Translations under genes and position numbers: made by a program
Shown: positions 28,451 to 36,176 of the stretch, in pieces
How positions within the stretch are numbered: the first letter of the stretch is position 1
Layout of the letters: the number at the start of each line of letters is the position of its first letter
Notes under the pieces: generated by a model
Databases searched by the model: none
The model's input: the letters and a program-made list of their open reading frames with translations, nothing else
Told to the model about the DNA's origin: nothing
Assembly: GCA_900767885.1 (NCBI GenBank)
Contig: CAAGAU010000040.1
Span: 602 to 64,601 of the forward strand
Direction: 5' to 3'
DNA length: 64,000 bases
Source: Clostridia bacterium
GTDB lineage: Bacteria > Bacillota > Clostridia > Christensenellales > Borkfalkiaceae

Positions 28451-28482
28451 CGCCTTGTCGCTCTGCGGCAAGGCGTTTTTTT
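28451..28482 (+). terminator. Leader terminator (attenuator) upstream of the nucleobase permease
   Basis: 11-bp stem CGCCUUGUCGC / GCGGCAAGGCG (one G-U pair), loop UCU, then 7 U. Lies ~75 nt after the predicted TSS and 56 nt before ATG 28539. Confidence 0.7.
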
Positions 28483-28538
28483 CACGATAGTCTTAACGTC
28501 CGTAAGATTTTTCAAAAAAAATTTTTAAGGAGAGAGTT

Positions 28539-29987
28539 ATGCAACTCACTTACGGTATCAAAGACAGACCTAAGTTTGGTAAAAACCTCGTTTTTGCCTT
28601 CCAGCAAATGATCGCCATCATGGCGGCAACCTTACTCGTTCCCATCCTCGTATCGTCGGTCGGACTTAAATGCGATCCCGCCGCGGCGTTGTTCGGCGCG
28701 GGCGCAGGTTCGATAGTTTATCTCTTGTTCACGAGATTCAAAAGCCCCGTGTTCCTCGGTTCGTCCTTCACGTTCCTCGGCGCGCTTCAGGCGGCTGCCA
28801 CTCAGAACTACGGCTACTGGGGTCTTATAATCGGCGTAACCTTTGCGGGCCTCGTATACGTCGTAATCGCGCTCGTTATCAGATTCGTCGGTGCGGGCTG
28901 GATAAAGAAACTTCTTCCTCACGTTATAATAGGACCCGTTCTTGCGATAATAGGTCTTTCGCTTTCGGGTACGGCGGGCAGTTGGATGATGACCAACGGC
29001 GGCGCAAACTACAGCCTCTGGTACATTCTCGTAGGTTTGGTTACCTTCATAGCGATAGTAATCGCCTCGGTAAAAGGCAAGGGAATGGTTAAACTCATTC
29101 CGTTCATAGTCGGCATAGGCGCGGGTCTTGTTTTTGCGATAATAATAACGCTCTTCGGCTATATAAACGACAGCGCGTTCTGCATGAACATGAGAATAGT
29201 CGATTTCACTCCCATCAAAGAGTGCTTCAGCCCCATAAGATTCCAGAGTTTCTTCGATTATCCTAAATTTACCTTCCTCGAGGCTATCCGTACCAACGGT
29301 CAGTACACGCTCGACGGAGCGGCGGTCGGCAACCTTGCGGTACTCTTCGTACCTATCGCGGTTGTAGAACTTGCTCAACACATATCCGACCACGAAAACC
29401 TTTCCAACATAGTCGAAAAAGACCTTCTCGAAGATCCCGGTCTTCATAACACCCTCCTCGGCGACGGCGTAGGTTCTATCGTCGGCTCGTTATTCGGCGG
29501 TTGCGCAAACACGACTTACGGCGAATCGATAAGTTGCGTCGCGCTCTCCAAAGACGCTTCGACCTCGACCATACTCCTTACGGGCGTTATGTGTATGGTA
29601 GTATCCTTCATCTCGCCCTTCGTAGCGATAATCAACATGCTCCCCAAATGCGTAATGGGCGGCGCGTGCATAGCGATGTACGGTTTCATCTCGGTAAGCG
29701 GACTTCAGATGCTTAAAGACGTAGACCTTTCCGACAACAGAAACCTCTACCCCGTTGCGGCGATACTCGTTATAGGTATAGGCGGCGTAGTGCTTAACTT
29801 CGGTAAAAACGCGCTTACGGGCGGCGCGCTCATACAGGTAACCTCGCTTGCTCTTGCGATGTTCGTAGGTATAATCGTAAACGCGATAACCCACAGCGGC
29901 AAGGACAAAGTAGACAACGGTGCGATTCAGGAACAAGTTCCCGATATGGCGTTTGAAGGCGAAAACGACCAAAAGGCAGCCGAATAA
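28539..29987 (+). CDS. NCS2 family nucleobase:cation symporter (uracil/xanthine permease type)
   Basis: ~13 TM segments; N-terminal AFQQMIAIMAATLLVPIL resembles the UraA/PyrP GLQHLFAMFGATVLVP motif; followed by upp. Confidence 0.8.
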   Translation: MQLTYGIKDRPKFGKNLVFAFQQMIAIMAATLLVPILVSSVGLKCDPAAALFGAGAGSIVYLLFTRFKSPVFLGSSFTFLGALQAAATQNYGYWGLIIGVTFAGLVYVVIALVIRFVGAGWIKKLLPHVIIGPVLAIIGLSLSGTAGSWMMTNGGANYSLWYILVGLVTFIAIVIASVKGKGMVKLIPFIVGIGAGLVFAIIITLFGYINDSAFCMNMRIVDFTPIKECFSPIRFQSFFDYPKFTFLEAIRTNGQYTLDGAAVGNLAVLFVPIAVVELAQHISDHENLSNIVEKDLLEDPGLHNTLLGDGVGSIVGSLFGGCANTTYGESISCVALSKDASTSTILLTGVMCMVVSFISPFVAIINMLPKCVMGGACIAMYGFISVSGLQMLKDVDLSDNRNLYPVAAILVIGIGGVVLNFGKNALTGGALIQVTSLALAMFVGIIVNAITHSGKDKVDNGAIQEQVPDMAFEGENDQKAAE

Positions 29988-29998
29988 CAAGTAAATTG

Positions 29999-30028
29999 AC
30001 CGCCGCAAAAATTGCGGCGGTTTTTTTT
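29999..30028 (+). terminator. Rho-independent terminator after the permease
   Basis: ACCGCCGCAA / TTGCGGCGGT stem followed by 8 T. Confidence 0.8.
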
Positions 30029-30038
30029 GCATAAATTA

Positions 30039-30067
30039 TTGAAAATAAAATTTAAAAGTGGTATAAT
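30039..30067 (+). promoter_or_regulatory. Sigma-A promoter of upp copy 1
   Basis: TTGAAA (30039-30044), 17-bp spacer, TATAAT (30062-30067). Confidence 0.7.
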
Positions 30068-30116
30068 ACGATACGGTAAGCCTTGCGAGCCGCATTAAAA
30101 AAGAGAGGCATATATT

Positions 30117-30758
30117 ATGGAAGATTATATGAAGAACGTAACTATTTTAAATCACCCGCTTATAGCGCATAAGATAACTCACCTTTGCGACGTAACGACC
30201 AACACGAAAGAATTTCGCGAGATAGTTTCCGAAATCGCAATGCTTATGGGTTACGAGGCGTTCAGAGATTTACCGACGGAGGACGTCGAAATTCAGGCAC
30301 CGCTTTCAAAATTCAAATCTCCCGTAGTGGTAGAGCCTATCGCGATAGTTCCCATTTTAAGGGCAGGACTCGGTATGGTAGACGGACTTACCGCGCTTTT
30401 CCCCACGGCTAAAATAGGGCATATAGGTCTGTATCGCGACGAGGAAACCCTCGAGCCGCACGAATATTATTGTAAACTGCCCAAAGACTGCATAGACGGC
30501 ACCTGCATTGTCGTAGACCCCGCGCTCGCAACCGGCGGCTCGGCAAAGGCGGCAATCGACTTTATAAAGGAAAGAGGATATAAAAAGATTAAACTTCTTT
30601 CGCTCATTGCCGCGCCCGAAGGCGTTAAAAGAGTTGCCACCGCGCACCCCGACGTGCAGATTTACGTGGCGCATTACGCAAACGCTCCGCTTAACGAACA
30701 CGGCTATATAGTAACGGCGTTCGGCGACGCGGGCGACCGTATATTCGGTACGAAATAA
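30117..30758 (+). CDS. upp: Uracil phosphoribosyltransferase paralogue with an atypical base-binding loop
   Basis: ILRAGLGM and PRPP loop [11 protein letters not shown] match UPRTase, but the C-terminal loop reads [18 protein letters not shown] instead of the canonical GYI(V/L)PGLGDAGDR. Confidence 0.8.
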   Translation: MEDYMKNVTILNHPLIAHKITHLCDVTTNTKEFREIVSEIAMLMGYEAFRDLPTEDVEIQAPLSKFKSPVVVEPIAIVPILRAGLGMVDGLTALFPTAKIGHIGLYRDEETLEPHEYYCKLPKDCIDGTCIVVDPALATGGSAKAAIDFIKERGYKKIKLLSLIAAPEGVKRVATAHPDVQIYVAHYANAPLNEHGYIVTAFGDAGDRIFGTK

Positions 30759-30761
30759 TAA

Positions 30762-30802
30762 AAAAACTGCCCTTGCGCGGCACTCAATGCCGCGCAAGGG
30801 CA
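30762..30802. terminator. Bidirectional terminator between the convergent upp copy 1 and DUF523 gene
   Basis: 15-bp perfect stem TGCCCTTGCGCGGCA / TGCCGCGCAAGGGCA, preceded by an A-run. Confidence 0.75.
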
Positions 30803-30817
30803 ATCGTTAAATAAATA

Positions 30818-31237
30818 TTAAAGTTCGTTCTCGGTCAACACGGTAAAGCCTGCCGCCAAAAGTTTTTCGGTTGTCAAGCCGTTGCCTTTGACCTTACCGC
30901 CCGTAAAAGTACCGTCGTAAATAACGCCTTTCCCGCAGGAAGGACTGTTTGCTTTAAGTACGCAATAGTCCACCGTGTTGGCTTTGGCTATCTCCACGGC
31001 GAAATCCGCGCCGCGGGTATATTCTTCGGTTACGTCGACGCCCGCGCTCGATATAATTTTATCGCCCACGCGTTCGGCGGGGTTGCGGGGAGTGGAAAGT
31101 CCGCCGAGTTGCTCGGGACAAACGGGAATGAGTACGGCGTTTTTACCGAGTTCGGCTAATTTTTCGTTGAAACAGTCGTCGCCTTTATAGCGGCATTTGT
31201 TGCCGTAAAGGCACGCGCTTACCAAAATTTTTTTCAT
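30818..31237 (-). CDS. tudS: DUF523 / TudS-like [4Fe-4S] protein (thiouracil desulfidase family)
   Basis: 139 aa. Three spaced Cys in the DUF523 pattern: SACLYG, IPVCPEQLGG and NSPSCGKG. Confidence 0.7.
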   Translation of the reverse strand: MKKILVSACLYGNKCRYKGDDCFNEKLAELGKNAVLIPVCPEQLGGLSTPRNPAERVGDKIISSAGVDVTEEYTRGADFAVEIAKANTVDYCVLKANSPSCGKGVIYDGTFTGGKVKGNGLTTEKLLAAGFTVLTENEL

Positions 31238-31255
31238 AGTAAAATCTCCGTTGTT

Positions 31256-31284
31256 ATTTTAACATAACGCGGCAAAAAAATCAA
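31256..31284 (-). promoter_or_regulatory. Sigma-A promoter of the DUF523 gene
   Basis: Minus strand: TTGATT, 17-bp spacer, TAAAAT with an upstream TG (extended -10); a GGAGA RBS follows. Confidence 0.6.
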
Positions 31285-31300
31285 TTAAAAGGAGAGAAAA

Positions 31301-31939
31301 ATGAATAACTATCCTAACGTGCATATCCTCGATCACCCCCTTATAAGACATAAGGTTGCCATAATCAGGGATAAGGAAACTACTACCAAACAATTCCGCG
31401 AGGTAATAAGCGAAATAGCCACGCTTATGGCTTTCGAGGCGTTCAAGGACGTACCCACTCAAAAAATCGTCGTGGAAACGCCGCTCGAAACCGTAGAGCA
31501 AACCGTGGTAAAGGAAAATTCCATAGCCATAGTACCCATTTTAAGAGCGGGTCTCGGTATGGTGGACGGTATACTTTCGCTTTTCCCCGCCGCAAAGGTA
31601 GGGCATATAGGTATGTACCGTAACGAAGAAACCCTCGAACCGCAGGAATATTATTGCAAACTTCCCGTGGGGATAGATAATAAAGTCGTTATGCTGGTAG
31701 ACCCCATGCTTGCCACGGGCGGCAGCGCGTGCGACGCGATTACTCTTTTGAAAAAGCGCGGCTGCAAACATATAAAATTCCTTGCCATAATCGGCGCGCC
31801 CGAGGGCGTAGAGAAAGTTCACGCCGAACACCCCGACGTAGAAGTTTACGTTTCCACGCTCGACAGATGTCTTAACGAGAACGGATATATCCTTCCCGGA
31901 CTCGGCGACGCGGGCGATCGTATATTCGGTACTAAATAA
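31301..31939 (+). CDS. upp: Uracil phosphoribosyltransferase (canonical)
   Basis: [37 protein letters not shown]. Confidence 0.9.
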   Translation: MNNYPNVHILDHPLIRHKVAIIRDKETTTKQFREVISEIATLMAFEAFKDVPTQKIVVETPLETVEQTVVKENSIAIVPILRAGLGMVDGILSLFPAAKVGHIGMYRNEETLEPQEYYCKLPVGIDNKVVMLVDPMLATGGSACDAITLLKKRGCKHIKFLAIIGAPEGVEKVHAEHPDVEVYVSTLDRCLNENGYILPGLGDAGDRIFGTK

Positions 31940-31954
31940 AACAATAAAAAGAAA

Positions 31955-31996
31955 AGCGTCCGCAGAAGGCAAAATGCCGTCCGCGGACGCTTTTTA
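31955..31996 (+). terminator. Rho-independent terminator after upp copy 2
   Basis: AGCGTCCGC ... GCGGACGCT stem followed by TTTTT. Confidence 0.7.
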
Positions 31997-32090
31997 TATA
32001 CTTATCCGGCAGTTCGGGCGCGTTTACAAGCCTATTTTTGCCTTTTCAACCTATGGTTGAGCAAATCAACTTATCGTTTAGGGTATACGC

Positions 32091-32119
32091 TTGCTCCCGA
32101 AACGGAACGGCGTTATAAT
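32091..32119 (+). promoter_or_regulatory. Sigma-A promoter of the repeat lipoprotein gene
   Basis: TTGCTC, 17-bp spacer, TATAAT (32114-32119). Confidence 0.5.
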
Positions 32120-32160
32120 TGAAAAAGAAAAAGCCCCTTCGTCGGGGAAAGGAGAATAAT

Positions 32161-34935
32161 ATGAAAAAATTATCGATAATGGTTTTGGCTGCGGTTTTCG
32201 CAATCTCTATGACCGCGTTCGTTTCGTGTTCGGGCGGAGGCGGCGGTTCTGCCGATACGGGCGCAAGTTCGTCCGATGCCGGCGTGAGTTCGGGTCTGAC
32301 GTCGGACACGACGCCCGATACGGGCGTGAGTTCCGGTTCGGGTTCGGCTTCCGGTTCGGCGGAAACCGCGGAAGAATCGAAAGATAAGGCGGCGGGCGAG
32401 ATCGCTTCGCTTTATGGCGGAGTGCAAACGCAAAGTTTAAGTGCGGAAGAAAGATATACGCTCGATTTTGCATGCAAAATGATTTCGCTTAAAGTAGCCG
32501 CGCTCGATGGCGATTACGATACCGTAAAGGAAGGCGCGGACGCGTACGTTGAGGAATTTAAACGTATTTTAAGCGCGGTAACGCTAAAAGCAACCACCGT
32601 CGCGGCAACGACTGAAAAAGTCAAAGCGGAGTTGGATTCGCTTTATAACTGTGCGGTTTACTTTTTCGATAATACGCCAGACATGCAAAAATATAAGGCG
32701 GAGGCAACCCGAATTTACGACGAACTTAAAGTCCGATTATCTTCGGCGACTATAACCGTGGGCGAGGCAAAGGCCGTTATTTCGGAATTTGTCGCGGGGA
32801 CTTATAGTTATTTAAAGGTTGCGGTTTCCGCCGCTGTCGAAGACGTAAAAGCGATAGCGGTAAACGAGGTCGAGTCGCTGATTGCAAAAGCGATTGCTTA
32901 CGTGCCTTACGAAGAAGTGCAGACCCGCCTGACCGGGTATTTAAACGAGATAAAGAAAGCGATAAATTCCGCTCCGACTAAAGATGAGGCGGAGGAGCTT
33001 TTAACAAACGTCAAAGCCCGCGCAGAAGAAAAAATCACACAGATTTATCGCGAGAAAGTCGAAGAGTTAAGGACTGCCGTCGGGCAAAAACTCAATGCGC
33101 TTAAAAACGAGGCTCTCGGATACGTAAAAGACGAGCAACTTAAAAACGATCTGGACGAATATTTAAGCGGCGCGATTGAAAAAACGTTAAAAATCGAGGA
33201 TATAAAAACCGCGGAAAGCGCGCTTGACGAAATAGTCGTCGATACGCAAAAGTTTATACGGGAGCAGTATGCCAAACAGGTGGAAAAATTAAAGGCGGCG
33301 GCTAAAAATAAACTCGACGCGGCTTTTAATTCCGCAGTCGGCAAGGTCGAAAGCGAAGATATAAGAAAGAGGCTTACCGAGGCTTATGATACGGCAACGG
33401 GCGAGTTGCTTAAAATAAGCGACGTAAAAACCGCTCAGAGCGCGCTTAATGCGATTTTAGACGAGTTTGAAAAGGCCTCCGTCGATATTTTAAAAACCGT
33501 CGTTAAGGAGATCGCTCAAAAATATCAGGCTAAAATAACCGCCGTATACGAAAACGCCGTAAAACCGCTTTCGCAGGTTTCTAAAAACGCGCTGAAAAGC
33601 CTTTACGACGAAACGACGGCCGAATTGGCAAAAGCCGAAACCGTTGACGACGTCGTTGCGGCGGCGGATAGTTTTAAAGAGAGAGCGAAGGGATACGTTA
33701 TTGAGGCGATAGACGCGGTTGTCGCAAAGCTCGGCGAAGTTCCTCAGCCGTGGTCGTTTTTGCCGAAGAGTTTCGAGCCGAAGAATTTCGTTGTAAAAGC
33801 GGAAAATATACCTGCTTACGCCGACTTTACCCCGGTGAAAGAGATACCGCAAAATTACGTGGGTAAACAACTTAACGTGGTTTACGGACTGCTGAATAAA
33901 ACCTCGGTCGCTCTCTCGTACGTCAACAAGGTTTACGCTGCGCTAGGCACGGCTGGGACGGTCTATAACACGATTTTCGATAATTCCGACGGGCAGAATT
34001 TAACGCTTGAGGCGGGCGGTTTTACGTTGAGTATCAAACTCGATAATACCTGTTATGAAGTTTCGGCTCGGATTGCGACCGTTAAAATACTCGTGTTTGC
34101 GGATTTGAACAACAGCAGTTACGGCGCGAAAATCGATCTTACGGAAGACCTTGCCGTAAAATACGACGTAACCGCAAGCAAATTCACCGTGGCGATGAAT
34201 ATGCTTAACGTTATGGCTACGCAAATTGTTTTTGAAAAAGACAACGGCGTTACTACGGGTTATGTTTACAATACCGTTGTTGCAAAAGAGAAGGAATTGA
34301 CTTCTACGAGCGCGCTTATAACCGTAAAGGACGGCTATACGACGATAGTCGGCAATAAGGGCGATTTTATTCCGACGAGCGGAGGGATAAATTGCGAAGT
34401 GTACGAAAATTCCACGGGAAAATTCGTCGGCAGCGAAGTTTACGAAAATATGAGCAAAGATGACGAAAAACCTAAATTTTACGATACGCTCTGGTATAAT
34501 TTAAGGGATATAGCGGGTATAAATTCCGTAAAAAAGACGGATAAGCAAAACGGGCTTAACCCAGATACGATTTATATCAATTCGTCCGAAGATACCATTC
34601 ATACCAAAATCGTTTCCATAACCGATTTGTCGCGCAGATTCGATATAGAATTCAAGAGTGTTTACGCTTATACTTATAACGAGCAGACCGCAGAATACGA
34701 ACAAGTCGTGTTTGAAGTTCCGATGTTGTTTATACAGGAAAAATACGCCGCGGATTTTGCAAAAGATTTTGAAAAAGCAAACGGCAAGTCGGTAAGCGAC
34801 GGCAGCATAAGCATAAGCGTTTCCGCCGAGGCGAAAGAGGCTGTAAATTACGGATACAAAACGCTCGTCGAAAGTTATAAGGCGATTAAAGACAAAGTAA
34901 CCTATCAGAGCATAATCGATTATTGCAAACGGTAG
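32161..34935 (+). CDS. Large lipoprotein (924 aa): Ser/Gly/Thr/Asp linker, about six ~74-aa alpha-helical repeats, ~400-aa C-terminal domain of unknown function
   Basis: ATG 32161 follows AAGGAGA. Lipobox FVSC. Repeats align by eye (see finding). Confidence 0.6.
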   Translation: MKKLSIMVLAAVFAISMTAFVSCSGGGGGSADTGASSSDAGVSSGLTSDTTPDTGVSSGSGSASGSAETAEESKDKAAGEIASLYGGVQTQSLSAEERYTLDFACKMISLKVAALDGDYDTVKEGADAYVEEFKRILSAVTLKATTVAATTEKVKAELDSLYNCAVYFFDNTPDMQKYKAEATRIYDELKVRLSSATITVGEAKAVISEFVAGTYSYLKVAVSAAVEDVKAIAVNEVESLIAKAIAYVPYEEVQTRLTGYLNEIKKAINSAPTKDEAEELLTNVKARAEEKITQIYREKVEELRTAVGQKLNALKNEALGYVKDEQLKNDLDEYLSGAIEKTLKIEDIKTAESALDEIVVDTQKFIREQYAKQVEKLKAAAKNKLDAAFNSAVGKVESEDIRKRLTEAYDTATGELLKISDVKTAQSALNAILDEFEKASVDILKTVVKEIAQKYQAKITAVYENAVKPLSQVSKNALKSLYDETTAELAKAETVDDVVAAADSFKERAKGYVIEAIDAVVAKLGEVPQPWSFLPKSFEPKNFVVKAENIPAYADFTPVKEIPQNYVGKQLNVVYGLLNKTSVALSYVNKVYAALGTAGTVYNTIFDNSDGQNLTLEAGGFTLSIKLDNTCYEVSARIATVKILVFADLNNSSYGAKIDLTEDLAVKYDVTASKFTVAMNMLNVMATQIVFEKDNGVTTGYVYNTVVAKEKELTSTSALITVKDGYTTIVGNKGDFIPTSGGINCEVYENSTGKFVGSEVYENMSKDDEKPKFYDTLWYNLRDIAGINSVKKTDKQNGLNPDTIYINSSEDTIHTKIVSITDLSRRFDIEFKSVYAYTYNEQTAEYEQVVFEVPMLFIQEKYAADFAKDFEKANGKSVSDGSISISVSAEAKEAVNYGYKTLVESYKAIKDKVTYQSIIDYCKR

Positions 34936-34951
34936 AAACTCTTTGATGGTT

Positions 34952-34990
34952 TTACCCCCTATCGTCGGCGTTGCCGACGATAGGGGGTAA
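34952..34990. terminator. Bidirectional terminator between the lipoprotein gene and murG
   Basis: TTACCCCCTATCGTCGG / CCGACGATAGGGGGTAA perfect stem (34952-34968 / 34974-34990) around a 5-nt loop CGTTG. Confidence 0.75.
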
Positions 34991-35000
34991 AAGCGCGTGG

Positions 35001-36074
35001 TTAAGTGCCGCGGGTGAGTTTGTCTATTTCGTCGGCGATTTTCCGCACGGGGTTTTTTATCGCGCATTTGCCGCAGGCAATGCGCAACGTCCCGGAATAT
35101 TTATCCGTGTTTTTTATCGCGCTTAAAAACGATTGCTCGGTTAAATTCTCCTCGTATAGCACGTTTATCGCGCTTCTTTTAAGATAATAATTCGCGTTGT
35201 CGATCTGATCGCCGCGCGAATTTTTTTTGGGCAGAGGTATGCAGAGCGCGGGCTTTTTAAGCGCGACTATCTCCGATAAAGCGTTTGCGCCGCCGCGCGT
35301 TACGCATATATCCGCCAACGCGTATGCCTTAGCCATATCCGTAATATAGTCGGTTTCAAAGTAGCCGTCTTTTTTAATTCCGCTATTTTTTCCATTCCCC
35401 GAGGCGTGTAGCACGAAATAGTTTTTTAACAGTTCGTCAAGCGTTTTGCGCGTAATATCGTTTATCGCGCCCGCGCCCTGACTGCCGCCTGTTATAAGCA
35501 AGACTTTTTTGTCGCCGTTAAAACCGTATTCCTGTTTCGCCTGCGCAACGTTTACGCGCGCAAACAACTCTTTTCTCAGCGGACTGCCGGTAAAAACCGC
35601 GCGCGGATAATTTTCCGCGGTGGTTTTAAAGCCCGTTAAAAGCACGCTTGCTTTTTTAAGCGCGATTTTGTTGGCAAGCCCCGGCGTTAAGTCGGATTCG
35701 TGCAAAGCGACGGGAATTTTAAGTTCGGCGGCGGCTAAAACCGTCGGCAGAGATACGTAGCCGCCCTTTGAAAACACCACGGCGGGTTTTATTTCTTCAA
35801 GAGCCTTGCGCGCAGCCGAAATTCCGCGTAAAAGCGTAAACGGTACGCCGAGATTTTTAAGCGTAAGCCTGCGTTCGAGTTTGGCGCACGGTACGCCGTG
35901 GTAGGTTAAGCCTTTTTCTTGCGCCAACCTTTTTTCCATGCCGTTTTCGCTGCCGATATACTCGCAGTTGTATCCGCGCCTTTTAAGTTCTTCGGCAACC
36001 GCCAGCGCAGGTATACAGTGTCCTGCCGTTCCGCCGCCGGTCAATACCGCCGTTTTGGTAAATTTTTCGCTCAT
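35001..36074 (-). CDS. murG: UDP-N-acetylglucosamine--N-acetylmuramyl-(pentapeptide) pyrophosphoryl-undecaprenol GlcNAc transferase
   Basis: LTGGGTAGHCIPALAVAEEL N-terminal G-loop; ~357 aa GT28 layout. Confidence 0.9.
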   Translation of the reverse strand: MSEKFTKTAVLTGGGTAGHCIPALAVAEELKRRGYNCEYIGSENGMEKRLAQEKGLTYHGVPCAKLERRLTLKNLGVPFTLLRGISAARKALEEIKPAVVFSKGGYVSLPTVLAAAELKIPVALHESDLTPGLANKIALKKASVLLTGFKTTAENYPRAVFTGSPLRKELFARVNVAQAKQEYGFNGDKKVLLITGGSQGAGAINDITRKTLDELLKNYFVLHASGNGKNSGIKKDGYFETDYITDMAKAYALADICVTRGGANALSEIVALKKPALCIPLPKKNSRGDQIDNANYYLKRSAINVLYEENLTEQSFLSAIKNTDKYSGTLRIACGKCAIKNPVRKIADEIDKLTRGT

Positions 36075-36128
36075 AGTATATATTATGACTTAAAATCGTA
36101 AAATTTAACGGAAAATTCGCTTTATCGC

Positions 36129-36157
36129 TTGAAAATATCGCGATTTTATAGTAAAAT
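36129..36157 (+). promoter_or_regulatory. Sigma-A promoter of glpK
   Basis: TTGAAA, 17-bp spacer, TAAAAT. Confidence 0.55.
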
Positions 36158-36176
36158 AAATCCGAGGGTGAAGTAA

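Noticed and set aside
28632-29447. 271-aa ORF on the minus strand
   Set aside because: It is antisense to the NCS2 permease gene, with a Tyr/Arg/Glu-rich nonsense composition.
32119-32160. N-terminal extension MKKKKPLRRGKENN of the repeat lipoprotein
   Set aside because: It would start inside the predicted -10 region. ATG 32161 follows AAGGAGA and begins a proper lipoprotein signal peptide.
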